Below are positions 51,995 through 62,589 of a stretch of 64,000 nt of DNA, one piece after another (positions within the stretch are counted from its first letter, which is position 1; each line of letters opens with the position of its first letter). This DNA comes from Thermoproteota archaeon (GTDB lineage Archaea; Thermoproteota; Thermoprotei; Gearchaeales; Gearchaeaceae). The DNA lies in contig JAVVGF010000003.1 of the NCBI GenBank assembly GCA_032249235.1, positions 32,001 to 96,000 on the forward strand, written 5' to 3'. The notes beneath the pieces are model-generated. The model worked only from the letters and a program-made list of their open reading frames with translations, was not told where the DNA came from and did no database searches. The position numbers and the translations under genes were made by a program.

Positions 51995-52667
51995 ACTTGT
52001 AGTTGTATTGGAAACTTATGTAAATAATACCATTAAATGCATCAGCATTAATTTTAACTGTTTCTCTTGCTTTTACTTTAATTTCTCCTAATTCCTTAAT
52101 GATTGGCAATTGGTTAGTTGAAGGATAGTATAGAATCCTTACATTCGTTAAATTGAAGTCGATGAAATTAGGATTATAAACTTCAACACTTAAATTTCCT
52201 GTTTTAACCAATAAAGGCTTAAATTCTACTGCATATGAGTTATTCCATATTGCAAAGCCTTTGTCTAAAGTTATGTTTATTCTTAAATAAAAGTAGGAAA
52301 CAGAACTATTTGAATAATCATAAAGGATTGGATATATCTCTTTAGGAACAAAAACTATTATTCTATCTTTTTCTGTTTTTGAATTGCAAACAAAGCTGAA
52401 GTTAAAGGCAAATATTAAGCATTTACTTAAAGCTCGTATTTCTAGTTCTTTTATTGTATAATTCAAGTATATTATGCTACCATCTTCAGATAAATTAGTT
52501 GACTTAAGAGCAAAATCTGGCGAGTTATATCTAATAGGCATGTAAGAAGGAAAGAGCATAATGATTAAATCCAAGATGACAAAGATTGCAATTACTGAGA
52601 AAATGATTCTGAAATTTAATTTTTTATTATCATATCTAGAATAGTCCTTGAGCAATGCAGACCCCAT
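51948..52667 (-). CDS. Membrane-anchored, beta-rich extracellular protein
   Basis: One N-terminal transmembrane helix, N-x-S/T sequons, VEVYNPN Ig-like strand. Confidence 0.65.
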   Translation of the reverse strand: MGSALLKDYSRYDNKKLNFRIIFSVIAIFVILDLIIMLFPSYMPIRYNSPDFALKSTNLSEDGSIIYLNYTIKELEIRALSKCLIFAFNFSFVCNSKTEKDRIIVFVPKEIYPILYDYSNSSVSYFYLRINITLDKGFAIWNNSYAVEFKPLLVKTGNLSVEVYNPNFIDFNLTNVRILYYPSTNQLPIIKELGEIKVKARETVKINADAFNGIIYISFQYNYKFAKNGVVYESRQVYP

Positions 52668-52809
52668 TTAATTCGATTTTCCTTAGAAGTAGTTTCCATA
52701 AAAGAATACTTTTAAAATTTTCTAAAAAAAAAAAGAAAAATTTAAAATTTTTTAAAAGAATTCTCGCTATGAAGTGTTTTCTGTAATAAAAATAACGCGT
52801 TGTATAAAG

Positions 52810-52823
52810 GAAAAATTTAAATA
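52810..52823 (+). promoter_or_regulatory. BRE plus TATA box of the putative pilin gene
   Basis: gaaaaa-tttaaata ending about 25 nt before the ATG at 52848. Confidence 0.6.
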
Positions 52824-52847
52824 CTTTTGTTATAAATAATAGCGAAA

Positions 52848-53465
52848 ATGGCTCTAGAAAAGATCAGAAAGAAAGCAAAATGGTTATTAGTAGTATTTGC
52901 TATCGTAGCAAGCATTTCAGTTGTTAATGCAGCTTTATTCGTTTACTACGATGCAAGTATAACTGCACAAGGTCAAAGGCCACCTGTAGTATTTGCACCA
53001 GGAAAAAATGCAAATGGTGCTGATCTTTGGGGTAACACAATAGGTGTAACTATTGATTCAACTAACACAACTTTAACTATAACTGTACATCCAACATATC
53101 GAACTCATTTCTATAGAAACATAACATTAATAGTAAATCAAGATACGGTAAATTCTTATTACTTAGCTTTTAACATAATAACACCTTTCACGAATACAAA
53201 AATAACACAGGCTAAGCTTTTCATAAGAAGTCTCGATGGCTCAACAACATATGCTACAATTAATCTTCTAACTACAGGTGTTCAAGGATGGCCTATTACA
53301 TTGGCTGGAAATCAAAAACTAAGAATTGATTTATTCCTAGTAATAACTCCTGGCGCAAGCGATACTTTCAATAATGCACCATTTGCAAGCGATAGCTGCA
53401 CGCTTCAGTTAGTCTATAGTCCACAAAACGCTGAAACACCACCTGCAAGTAGCTCAGGTCCTTAG
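52848..53465 (+). CDS. Secreted beta-rich protein, candidate major pilin (TasA/AbpA-like)
   Basis: Signal peptide (..SVVNA), N-terminal strand ALFVYYDASITAQGQRPPVVF, Thr/Asn-rich beta strands, no C-terminal anchor. Confidence 0.6.
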   Translation: MALEKIRKKAKWLLVVFAIVASISVVNAALFVYYDASITAQGQRPPVVFAPGKNANGADLWGNTIGVTIDSTNTTLTITVHPTYRTHFYRNITLIVNQDTVNSYYLAFNIITPFTNTKITQAKLFIRSLDGSTTYATINLLTTGVQGWPITLAGNQKLRIDLFLVITPGASDTFNNAPFASDSCTLQLVYSPQNAETPPASSSGP

Positions 53466-53467
53466 AA

Positions 53468-54958
53468 TTGAAAAAGTATCTGATTGCAATTTTTTTCCTT
53501 TTTTTAATTTCCTATTTTCCATTATCAAATTCATCTTCTTTCATATATTATAATTCACAAGTAAATTTATCTGGGCAAAAACCTCCTCTTTTGCTTGATC
53601 CTCCTCCATATACTTATACTTGTACTGGCTTGACTAGAAATAGAACTGCAAATATAACTTATACAGACTTCGAAACTTATCCTTCAGGATGGGCTAGTAG
53701 AGGAGGTGCTTGGAACATTGTATCTGGAGGATATAAAGGTAATGCGATGCAAGGAACAGATAATAATGGCGGAATAGGAGCAGCTTCCCAGTTTTATTAT
53801 AATACTAGTTTGGATACTTATACTAGCCTTTGGGTTACTACTAAAGTTAAATTTGTATCAGGTCCAGGCAGAAACAGGCCAGGTGCACCACCCAATCTTG
53901 TTTATTTCGGACTAGCATTGATTAAATTTGAATTGGATAGACTTTATGAGATTTCAGTAAGTAGAGATGGTTATCTTAATATATGGAGTTATGGTGTAGA
54001 AGCTAGTGGCTGGTCTTTAAGGAGTCGAGTTCCAATTACGGGTTTTAATATAAATAATTGGTACGTTATAGTAGTTTTTTATAACGTAACATCTACTGCA
54101 GTTAATATTTCTGCTTACTTGTATGATACAATTGGGACACCTACTCCTGTTGCACAAACTTCGGCATCTTCAACAAGTGGGAATAAATTCACTCCTGCTT
54201 TCATAGGATTGGAAATTGATGGAGGAAATGGAGCTAGAGCGCTTTATGATGATTTCGAAATCGCTACAAGTGATTTAAGAGTTATTAATTTCAATAGTTT
54301 ACAATCAGGAATGCAAGTTCAAATAATCGATAACTTAAATAATTTAGTTGCGCAAGGAACAGCATCAACGAGTAGCTTAACTTTAAATGTTACAAGCGAC
54401 ATCGTTGTCGGAACAGGCACTGATGGTAGAATTATAATTAAATATCCCAATGGAATTAATTGTTTAATTTTCAACAATCCTACAAGTGATGCAATTCTAG
54501 GAGGAGATACATATAGCTTGGCTACTTCTACGATGACCATAACGATTGATTCAACAAAAACTAGCGCAAATGAAACATTTTATGTTGCAGGAAGCTTGAA
54601 CTATTTTACACAAACTATATTTTTAAACATCACTGTCATCGATACAAATAATTACTATGCTAGCTTAATATTAAATCAAACAGCAAGCACAATTTCGAGC
54701 AATCTCAATGCGAATATAACTTTAGTAAATAGAAATAACTTTAAATCAACGAATATTACTATAATAAATGGAGTTGTAACTAGTAGCACAACAAGTGAAA
54801 TTGTAGTATTTAATTCGAATAACTATATCTTTATAAGTGCAAGATATTCAGCTACCGGTCTTAGTTCAACACTCGTTTTAATACTTCAATATTGTACTTT
54901 ACAAAATTATTCAGGAGCATGTGTACAATATACAATACGCTTAATAATAAATAGCTAA
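53468..54958 (+). CDS. Secreted paralogue of the putative pilin with an inserted ConA/LamG-like lectin domain
   Basis: N-terminus SFIYYNSQVNLSGQKPPLLL. Insert runs YTDFET..GW..GGAW through NNWY.I.V..ALYDDFEI. C-terminus TITIDSTKTS..NITVIDTNNYY resembles the pilin body. Confidence 0.6.
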   Translation: MKKYLIAIFFLFLISYFPLSNSSSFIYYNSQVNLSGQKPPLLLDPPPYTYTCTGLTRNRTANITYTDFETYPSGWASRGGAWNIVSGGYKGNAMQGTDNNGGIGAASQFYYNTSLDTYTSLWVTTKVKFVSGPGRNRPGAPPNLVYFGLALIKFELDRLYEISVSRDGYLNIWSYGVEASGWSLRSRVPITGFNINNWYVIVVFYNVTSTAVNISAYLYDTIGTPTPVAQTSASSTSGNKFTPAFIGLEIDGGNGARALYDDFEIATSDLRVINFNSLQSGMQVQIIDNLNNLVAQGTASTSSLTLNVTSDIVVGTGTDGRIIIKYPNGINCLIFNNPTSDAILGGDTYSLATSTMTITIDSTKTSANETFYVAGSLNYFTQTIFLNITVIDTNNYYASLILNQTASTISSNLNANITLVNRNNFKSTNITIINGVVTSSTTSEIVVFNSNNYIFISARYSATGLSSTLVLILQYCTLQNYSGACVQYTIRLIINS

Positions 54959-54992
54959 TTATCAACAATTTTAAATATTCATATACATATTT

Positions 54993-56264
54993 TTGTATAT
55001 GAAGTGGCGCGCTATTATTGGAGGAACTATAGGTTGGATGGTCGATGTCTACGATCTAACTTTGGTTCTTTTCGTAACAGCAATAATAGCTAGCGCCTTC
55101 TTCCCTCCAACAGATCCTTTGCTATCCATGCTATATGTATTTTCTTCTTATGCACTTTCATTGCTATTCAGACCACTAGGAGGAATAATATTCGGTCATG
55201 TTGCAGATAAAATAGGAAGGAGAATTACAATGATAATAACGCTTCTAGGATTAGGTATATTTTCAGCATTGACAGGAGCTTTACCAACATATGCTCAAGT
55301 AGGCATATTAGCTTCGATACTTTTCATAATACTAAGAATACTAGTAGGTATATTTGTAGGAGGTGAAGTATCTGGCTCTCATTTAATTGCTATTGAAGGT
55401 AGCTCAACAAAGCAAAGAGGCCTGACGAGCGGCATTTTGCAATCAGGCTATTATTGGGGTTATTCACTAGCTGCTTTCACTTTTCTAAGCATGGCAGCAT
55501 ACTTTGGAAAGGATTTTGGAGCATATGGCTGGAGATATGCATTCTATATTAGCATTATTGTAAGTGTTATAGGATTGCTATTAAGACTCGTTGTAGGAGA
55601 GTCTGAGTTATTTGAAGAAGTTAAAAAAGAAAAATTAATTGCAAGAGTCCCAATTAGCACGTTATTCAGAAATTATTTGAGCGAAGTATTAATGGCTATG
55701 TTATTGATGAGCGGTATTTATTGGGTCGCATATTCTACGCTCGGATACTTACCAACTTATCTTTCACAACTCAAATATGATAGGACTTTCATCTTCTCAG
55801 CTTTGGGTTATGCAGGAATCATAGGAGGTATAATGACTATAATAGGCGGAGCATTAAGTGATTATCTCAAAAGAAAATGGAGTTTCATGACTTATAGCAT
55901 ACTTGGTGCTTTATTAAGTATTCCTTTAATTTCATTTTTATACACAAAATCCTTCGTTCTTGTTACAATATCTTCTGGTTTAATAGTAGGTTTCATAGGG
56001 CTTTGCGGAGGCGTAATGCTCGCTTATCTTTCTGAGCTATTTGCTACAAACGTTAGAGGCACAGCAATAGGCTTTATATGGAACATCGTTAACATAGGTT
56101 CAACAGTTGGATTGCTTCTTGCACCTATCTTAACAACTACTTATGCATTATTCTGGGGTTATGCATTCTTATTAGTAGGAGGCTACACAGTTACAATAAT
56201 AGGTTCTCTCATAACAGTAGATAAAACAGGAATAGATCTAAGATTGTTGAAAGCAGTGAAATAA
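54993..56264 (+). CDS. MFS metabolite:H+ symporter
   Basis: DVYDL, FRPLGGIIFGHVADKIGRR, RILVGIFVGGE, GWRYAF, ESELF, SELFATNVRG. Confidence 0.92.
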   Translation: MYMKWRAIIGGTIGWMVDVYDLTLVLFVTAIIASAFFPPTDPLLSMLYVFSSYALSLLFRPLGGIIFGHVADKIGRRITMIITLLGLGIFSALTGALPTYAQVGILASILFIILRILVGIFVGGEVSGSHLIAIEGSSTKQRGLTSGILQSGYYWGYSLAAFTFLSMAAYFGKDFGAYGWRYAFYISIIVSVIGLLLRLVVGESELFEEVKKEKLIARVPISTLFRNYLSEVLMAMLLMSGIYWVAYSTLGYLPTYLSQLKYDRTFIFSALGYAGIIGGIMTIIGGALSDYLKRKWSFMTYSILGALLSIPLISFLYTKSFVLVTISSGLIVGFIGLCGGVMLAYLSELFATNVRGTAIGFIWNIVNIGSTVGLLLAPILTTTYALFWGYAFLLVGGYTVTIIGSLITVDKTGIDLRLLKAVK

Positions 56265-56371
56265 CATAATTTAAAATAATTTTATATTTTAAAATTCTAA
56301 AAAAAAATTAAAATAAAATTTTAATTTTTTATACTATTAGATTTAAAAACCAGCCTTTTATAGAAACTGTA

Positions 56372-58390
56372 ATGGAAAAAGATTTCCTCGATTTAAATCA
56401 AGGAGCTAATTGGATTGAAGAAAAAGATGGCACGTTCTTCGCGATTTTCTCAGCTAATGCTACTAAAATCGAGATAGTTCTCTATTCAAGAGAAAATCAA
56501 AGATATCCTAAGGAATCAATAGAGATTAAGGATAAAAAAGGAAACATTTGGTTTACTTTTATTTCAGGAATAAAGCCAGGAGATTTATATTGTTATAAGG
56601 TTCATGGTCCTTACAAGCCTGAAGAAGGATTTAGATTCAATCCCAATAAAGTTCTAATAGATCCTTATGCAAAAGCTGTCGCTGGTACAATACCTTTGAA
56701 ATGGGATGATTCATTGTTTGATTTCAAAATAATTAATAATGAGTTTTTAATGAACGATCTTCCTAATGATGAGTTCATACCTAAATGCGTTGTAATAAAT
56801 CCATATTTTAAATGGGAAGATTATGACTTCATAAAGAATAGGAAAAGATGGAAGAAGGAAATAATTTATGAAACACATGTTAAAGGATTTACGCAACTTA
56901 TGAAGGATTTGCCGAATGAAATTCGTGGAAAGTATGCTGCATTATCTTCGAAGAATGTTATAAGTTATCTAAAGGATTTGGGAATAACCGCTATTGAGCT
57001 AATGCCTGTCCATGCTTTCATCGATGATAAAATCCTTGTAGAAAAAGGATTGAGAAATTATTGGGGATACAATCCCATAAATTATTTCTCTCCTGAAGCA
57101 AGATATTCAAGTTCAGGATATTATGGAGAGCAGGTTTATGAATTTAAGAAAATGGTAAATGAGTTGCATAAAGAAGGAATTGCAGTAATTCTTGATGTTG
57201 TTTACAATCATACAGGTGAAGGAAATCATCTAGGACCATTTCTTAGTTTTAAAGGAATAGATAACAAATCCTATTATTTACTTAATCCAAATGATCAAAG
57301 GTATTACATTGACTATACAGGTGTTGGTAATACGCTTAATACTTCTAGCAATGCTGTTATCCAAATGATCATAGACAGCTTAAGATATTGGGTAAAAGAA
57401 ATGCACGTCGATGGCTTTAGATTCGATTTGGCACCTGTATTAGCTAGAAACTATGAAGTTGTCAATATGGAACATCCTATAATTAAGGCAATTGAAAAAG
57501 ATCCTGCTTTAGAGAACATTAAGCTAATAGCAGAACCTTGGGATTTAGGTCCAAATGGATATCAGCTTGGAAAATTTCCTTCAAGCTGGTATGAATGGAA
57601 TGGAAAATATAGGGATTTGATGAGAAGATTCTGGAGGGGAGAAAGCTTTCCTTATTATGAAATAGCAAATTTAATTCTTGGCTCACCAGATCTTTTTGTT
57701 CATAAAAATCCTTTTGCTAGCATAAATTATATTACTTGTCATGATGGCTTCACACTTGAAGATTTAGTGAGTTATAATCAAAAGCATAATGAAGCGAATT
57801 GCTTCGATAATAAAGATGGATCTGATGAAAATTATAGCTTCAATTTCGGTATCGAAGGTCCTACAAATGATGAGGAGATTTTAAGGCAAAGAGAGAAGCA
57901 AAAAAGGAATTTCATCATAACATTAATGATTAGCCAAGGAACGCCTATGATACTTGGAGGAGATGAATTAAGCAGAACTCAAAAAGGAAATAACAATGCA
58001 TTTTGTCAAGATAATGAGATTTCTTGGTATTCTTGGGAATTGGATGAAAGGAAAAAGAAATTCTTTAATTTTATGAAATCAATAATAAACTTCAGGAAAA
58101 GTAGTAGAATTTTCGAAAATCCTAATTTTCTTAAGGATGTTATATGGCTTAAAGAAAATGGGAGCGTCGTCGATGACTTGAGCTGGAGAATGCCTACAAA
58201 TTTCATAGCATTCATTTTCAAAGATGAAAACAAGTTTTTAGTAATTCTAAATGCAGGCAGTAATAGAAAATTCAGGCTACCTGAAGGTAAATGGCGAGTA
58301 TTATTTTCTTCGACAGAAAAAATAAAAGAAGGTGAAGAAATTGAGATTGAAGAAAGAAGTTCTGTAATCTTTGAAAAAGTAAATGATTAA
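56372..58390 (+). CDS. treX: Glycogen debranching enzyme (GH13 isoamylase, GlgX/TreX)
   Basis: FNPNKVLIDPYAK, IYETHVKGFT, NYWGY, DVVYNHTGEG, DGFRFDLA, IAEPWD, CHDGFTL.D, GNNNAFCQDN. Confidence 0.93.
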   Translation: MEKDFLDLNQGANWIEEKDGTFFAIFSANATKIEIVLYSRENQRYPKESIEIKDKKGNIWFTFISGIKPGDLYCYKVHGPYKPEEGFRFNPNKVLIDPYAKAVAGTIPLKWDDSLFDFKIINNEFLMNDLPNDEFIPKCVVINPYFKWEDYDFIKNRKRWKKEIIYETHVKGFTQLMKDLPNEIRGKYAALSSKNVISYLKDLGITAIELMPVHAFIDDKILVEKGLRNYWGYNPINYFSPEARYSSSGYYGEQVYEFKKMVNELHKEGIAVILDVVYNHTGEGNHLGPFLSFKGIDNKSYYLLNPNDQRYYIDYTGVGNTLNTSSNAVIQMIIDSLRYWVKEMHVDGFRFDLAPVLARNYEVVNMEHPIIKAIEKDPALENIKLIAEPWDLGPNGYQLGKFPSSWYEWNGKYRDLMRRFWRGESFPYYEIANLILGSPDLFVHKNPFASINYITCHDGFTLEDLVSYNQKHNEANCFDNKDGSDENYSFNFGIEGPTNDEEILRQREKQKRNFIITLMISQGTPMILGGDELSRTQKGNNNAFCQDNEISWYSWELDERKKKFFNFMKSIINFRKSSRIFENPNFLKDVIWLKENGSVVDDLSWRMPTNFIAFIFKDENKFLVILNAGSNRKFRLPEGKWRVLFSSTEKIKEGEEIEIEERSSVIFEKVND

Positions 58391-58584
58391 TTTTCCTTTA
58401 TTGCTATATAAGTTCAATTATTACATCCATGATTAAGCAATTTCTAATTTAATGATTGTTCACATGAAATCTATTTAGGAAAAATTGATTTAACTGTTGA
58501 CTGTGCTAATAATTTATGTTCATTTATTTTTTGATCTTTTGCTAAATACAAATAAGAAAGCTTTTTAATTATCTTTATGAGAAA

Positions 58585-58986
58585 ATGGAGGATTATAAGC
58601 ATGCTGTTGAGCATCTCGATATTGCAATGAAATACTTAGAGGAAGGAAGAAATCTAGTTGATAAGGATCCTGTTCAAGCATCTGAGAAACTTTATAAAGC
58701 GGCTGAAGAAGCTGTCAAAACCTTAGCTATATTTCTAGGATTAGATGAAGCTAGAAAAGCTATAGAGCAAGGTAGATGGTCTTCAATATTACTTTTTGAT
58801 GCAATCGATACTGTTGCAATAAAATTGAACATTAAGGAGCTACCCCTGTGGTGGAGAGCTGCTTTGGTTCTTCATGTAGAAGGATTTCATGAAGCTAGAT
58901 TAAGTAGAGATAGAATTAAGAAAGATTATAAGTACATAGAGGCAATAGTCGATCTTACTAAGAAAGTTTTACAGGAAAAAATTTGA
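58585..58986 (+). CDS. PaREP1 family protein
   Basis: DPVQASEKLYKAAEE, GRWS, LHVEGFHE. Confidence 0.92.
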   Translation: MEDYKHAVEHLDIAMKYLEEGRNLVDKDPVQASEKLYKAAEEAVKTLAIFLGLDEARKAIEQGRWSSILLFDAIDTVAIKLNIKELPLWWRAALVLHVEGFHEARLSRDRIKKDYKYIEAIVDLTKKVLQEKI

Positions 58987-59028
58987 GAATTTAATAATTT
59001 TTAATTATTATTTATTGATAATCCAAGT

Positions 59029-59433
59029 ATGTCTAAATATGATCCAAAAGAAGGGTTAAAGATGAGATTAGAACTCGCAAAGAAATATCTTGGCGAAGCT
59101 GAGAAATACTATAATAAGGGAGACCCTGCACAAGTTTCTGAAAAAGCTTATACGGCTGCGGAAGAAATTGTTAAAGCCTTAGCTGAGAAATTTAACTTGC
59201 CAGAACATCAGCAAGCCTTAAAAGAAGGAAGATGGTATACTTATTCTTTGAGTAAGGCTGCAGGTTCTCTTTATGAAAAGCTAGGAGACTGGATACTTGA
59301 TGGGTGGAGTAGCGCTTACTTATTACATGTTTGGGGATTTCATGAAGCTAAGTTAAACATTAAAGACATAAAACCTTATTTAGATAAAGTTAAGATAATG
59401 GTTGGAGAAGCAGTGAAAGTAATCTTGCAGTAA
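59029..59433 (+). CDS. PaREP1 family protein
   Basis: GDPAQVSEKAYTAAEE, GRWYT, LHVWGFHE. Confidence 0.92.
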   Translation: MSKYDPKEGLKMRLELAKKYLGEAEKYYNKGDPAQVSEKAYTAAEEIVKALAEKFNLPEHQQALKEGRWYTYSLSKAAGSLYEKLGDWILDGWSSAYLLHVWGFHEAKLNIKDIKPYLDKVKIMVGEAVKVILQ

Positions 59434-59530
59434 ATGACTTTTTATCTTTAAGTCAATTAATCAGAAATATCATTTCGATAATAGTGAGACTTATAATTTA
59501 TTGTGCATAGTTTAGCTTGATGTCCTAGAT

Positions 59531-60546
59531 ATGTCGCATATATTGCCATTCATTGATAGAGCTGATGAACTCAAAGCCTTAACTGAATGGTGTTCTAGAT
59601 CTAGACTTCTTCCTTTATATATTTATGGTCCTGAAGGTTGTGGAAAAACAAGACTCCTAAGAGAGTTCGTATCTAGATTTAGAGAAGTTTTTGGAGATAA
59701 AGCTATAGCGGTATATTAGATACTCTTGAACGCGAGTCTATAGAAAAGGCTTTATTATCAACACCAGCTCTCTCGCTTGCAATTGAAGCCCTTGCATCAA
59801 TTATTGATAAAACTGTTAACGTAGGAGCATCTCTCGCAGAGAAGATAGCAACGATTTTGGAGAGAGTTATTGGTACTCATAGACTTAAAGATAATTATGT
59901 TGCTGTAGCGGTAGACGATGTGGCTTCTGCTTTAGGTACAGAAAGTATTGAGCGATATGTCAAATGGCTTTATGAGTTAGCGAATAAACTCGAAAAGAGT
60001 TATAGACCGAATGCTATAAATTTCATTGCAACGACTTCTGAGGGGTTTAGTAGAGAGCTTGTATCTAGACATGGCTACAGTCATGTTATACTCTTGTGGA
60101 ATTTAAGTAGAGAAGCATTTGAAGAAATGTTTTATAAGCTAGCACCTTTACACAATGTTAATTTCGAGATTGTATGGAATTCTCTTGGAGGAAATCCTAG
60201 AAAATTAATAGAGCTTGCAACTGTATTTAACTGGAATTTTGATAATATGATGAAGAAGTACACAGCTATAGCGAGAGAAGTTGTAGAGAAGATAATATCA
60301 TTAGGGCTTTTAAGAGAATTAAAAATGATTTTAGAAGACATAGATGCTCCTCGAAAAGAACCTTCAGAAAACATGATGAAACTAACTCGAATACTCATAC
60401 AAAACAATATGGTAATTTATGTTGACTGGCCAACACTAACGGGAAGAGATTTGATGACCGATGAAAGTCTAGGGATTGGAAAAGCATATGCATGGCAAGT
60501 ACCAATATTTAAAAAAGCATTAGAAGCAGCACTTAAGACGATATAG
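59531..60546 (+). pseudogene. Archaeal AAA ATPase (crenarchaeal ATPase_2-like), frameshifted near 59717
   Basis: FIDRADEL, YGPEGCGKT; then in a shifted frame AVDDV, ATTSEG, LWNL, GGNPR, GIGK.YAWQVP. Confidence 0.82.
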
Positions 60547-60834
60547 TGATCTTTGCTCTTAATATCTAAAGGTCATATGAAACAGCAAGTCATCTATCTT
60601 AAAAAAGATTACACTATTTCATCGCACAATACTTACACTGAAGTTGAGAAACTAAACGAATTCCTAAATTTAATCGAAGATAAAGAAGAGGAAATTCATC
60701 TGCTTGGCTTTAGAGCGAAGAAACAAAAGGTAGTATGTGAACCTCTACACTTAATATTAAATGACTCTAAGTTTTTAGAGTAGTTCAGAAACATTAAATA
60801 AGTAATATGCCAAACTCATATTAAAGATGACTTA

Positions 60835-61576
60835 ATGTACTTAGAAGAATTCAAAGTCAGATTGGAGAAAGAATGGTCTGGAAGCTTGTTTAGTTTGAGC
60901 TATTAAGAAAAATTCATCCAAGGGCTAAGGAGTACTACATAGGTTAAATAAAAATATTGGAATAAGGCGAGTAGCTTGGGGTGGTACTGGATTCCAACGA
61001 ACTATAGTGATGCTTGGGATTTCTTAACAAGAGATAGGGGTTTTAAAGTGATAATCAAGCAGACAGTTGCAAGCTTATGGAATTATGATTTCATTCATCG
61101 AGATGTTTTCCGCTTAGCTGTTGACAATAAATCTTACAAACGAGCATTAGAATCTCGCGAAAAGTATGAATTGGAATTTTGAGATTGAATATTACAAGAA
61201 AATTCCCTATGAATATAAGGAATTTGATGGTTTATTTGTTGAAACTTTAGAATCTTGCATAGTAAGTTGCTTCACAGAATGGTCTTTCATAGACGCTTTT
61301 GCTGTTTTGTATTTTAGAAGAAAAGAGGTTGATTTCGACAAATTGAGTAATTTAGGAAGATGGAAAAGAGCATCTCAAACAAACTTGAGAGTATGGACTT
61401 TGATAAAGTATGGATGCAAGTTACTTAACGAACATTTTGGTAAAGAGATTTTCAAGTTCAAAGCCTTTGAGATAAAGCAAGCACATATGAAAGAATTAGT
61501 GGAGGAAGCTATAGAAAAAGTTATCGAATTTGCCAAAATCATAGAACTTATAAAAGAAGAGAGGAAGATAGAGTAA
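60835..61576 (+). pseudogene. Multiply frameshifted gene, AbiEi-like / winged-helix hypothetical protein
   Basis: MYLEEFKVRLEKEWSG, RRVAWGWYWIP, KQTVASLWNYDFIH and WNFEIEYY lie in three frames. Confidence 0.5.
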
Positions 61577-61724
61577 GTTTTCTCTTGTTAATCGAGTTTT
61601 AAATAATTAAAAATGTAACCGCATTATAACGATTCAGATAATCGATGGGCCGGTTGTTAATCAAGTTAAAACCTTTAAATATTCAAATCTCTTTTATTCA
61701 AAAGTTTTCTAATGGGCTTGTTGT

Positions 61725-62564
61725 TTAATAACTACTTAATGGAAAAAGTTTATCTAAAAGTTTAATATCTTCATCGCTTAGCTTCCATCCTGATGCTTCG
61801 AGATTTTCTTGAACATGAATAGGATTTGAAGCTCTTGGTATAGGAAATACATAAGGTTTATCTGCAAGCCATCTAAGAGCTATTTGCGAAGGAGTTTTGC
61901 CATATTTCATTGAAATCTCTTCAAGCTTTTCTTTTTCTTTAGCTAGCCTTCCATGACCTAAAGGATAATATGCCATGAATGCAATCCCTTCTCTTTGACA
62001 ATATGGCAAAATATCCCTTTCTACATCTCTCTTAATCAAGCTATATTCAAGCTGAACTGCAGTTATATCATGCTTACTCAAAGCGTTTCTTGCCTCTTCT
62101 ATTTGCTTCAAGTTGAAATTACTTACGCCTACGAACAATATTTTCCCTTGCTCGATAGCTTCCTCCATTGCTTTCATAGTTTCTGATATGGGTACTCTTT
62201 TATTTGGGAAATGAATTAGATATAAATCTACATATTTAGTGTTCAGTCTTCTCAAGCTACCTTCTAAAGATTTGAAGAACTTATCTCTGCTAAGATGAGA
62301 AGGCCAAACTTTTGTTGAAATGAATATTTCTTCTCTATTGAATTCTTTTATAGCTTCAGCAACCAAGGGTTCAGAGCCATAAATTTCAGCAGTATCTATC
62401 AAATTCATTCCTCCAATTAAGCCTGTTTTTATTGCTTCAATTTTCTTTGCCTTATTCCTCATTATTCCCAATCTTGATAAAATTATCCAAGAAACATCGT
62501 AATATGTGCCCATTCCTATTTCAGATACAAGCGGCCCATTTTTGCCGAATCTTTTCTTGTCCAT
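61725..62564 (-). CDS. Aldo/keto reductase
   Basis: IGMGT, IDTAEIYG, STKVWP, DLYLIHFP, GVSNF, QLEYS, YYPLG, PIPRA. Confidence 0.93.
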   Translation of the reverse strand: MDKKRFGKNGPLVSEIGMGTYYDVSWIILSRLGIMRNKAKKIEAIKTGLIGGMNLIDTAEIYGSEPLVAEAIKEFNREEIFISTKVWPSHLSRDKFFKSLEGSLRRLNTKYVDLYLIHFPNKRVPISETMKAMEEAIEQGKILFVGVSNFNLKQIEEARNALSKHDITAVQLEYSLIKRDVERDILPYCQREGIAFMAYYPLGHGRLAKEKEKLEEISMKYGKTPSQIALRWLADKPYVFPIPRASNPIHVQENLEASGWKLSDEDIKLLDKLFPLSSY

Positions 62565-62589
62565 ATTTTATATTCTAATCTATATTTAC

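Noticed and set aside
2556-62186. Many 60-150 aa antisense or nested ORFs in the track (e.g. 2556, 7375, 22871, 24891, 49744, 54319)
   Set aside because: They are shadows of well-supported genes on the opposite strand and carry no recognisable motifs.
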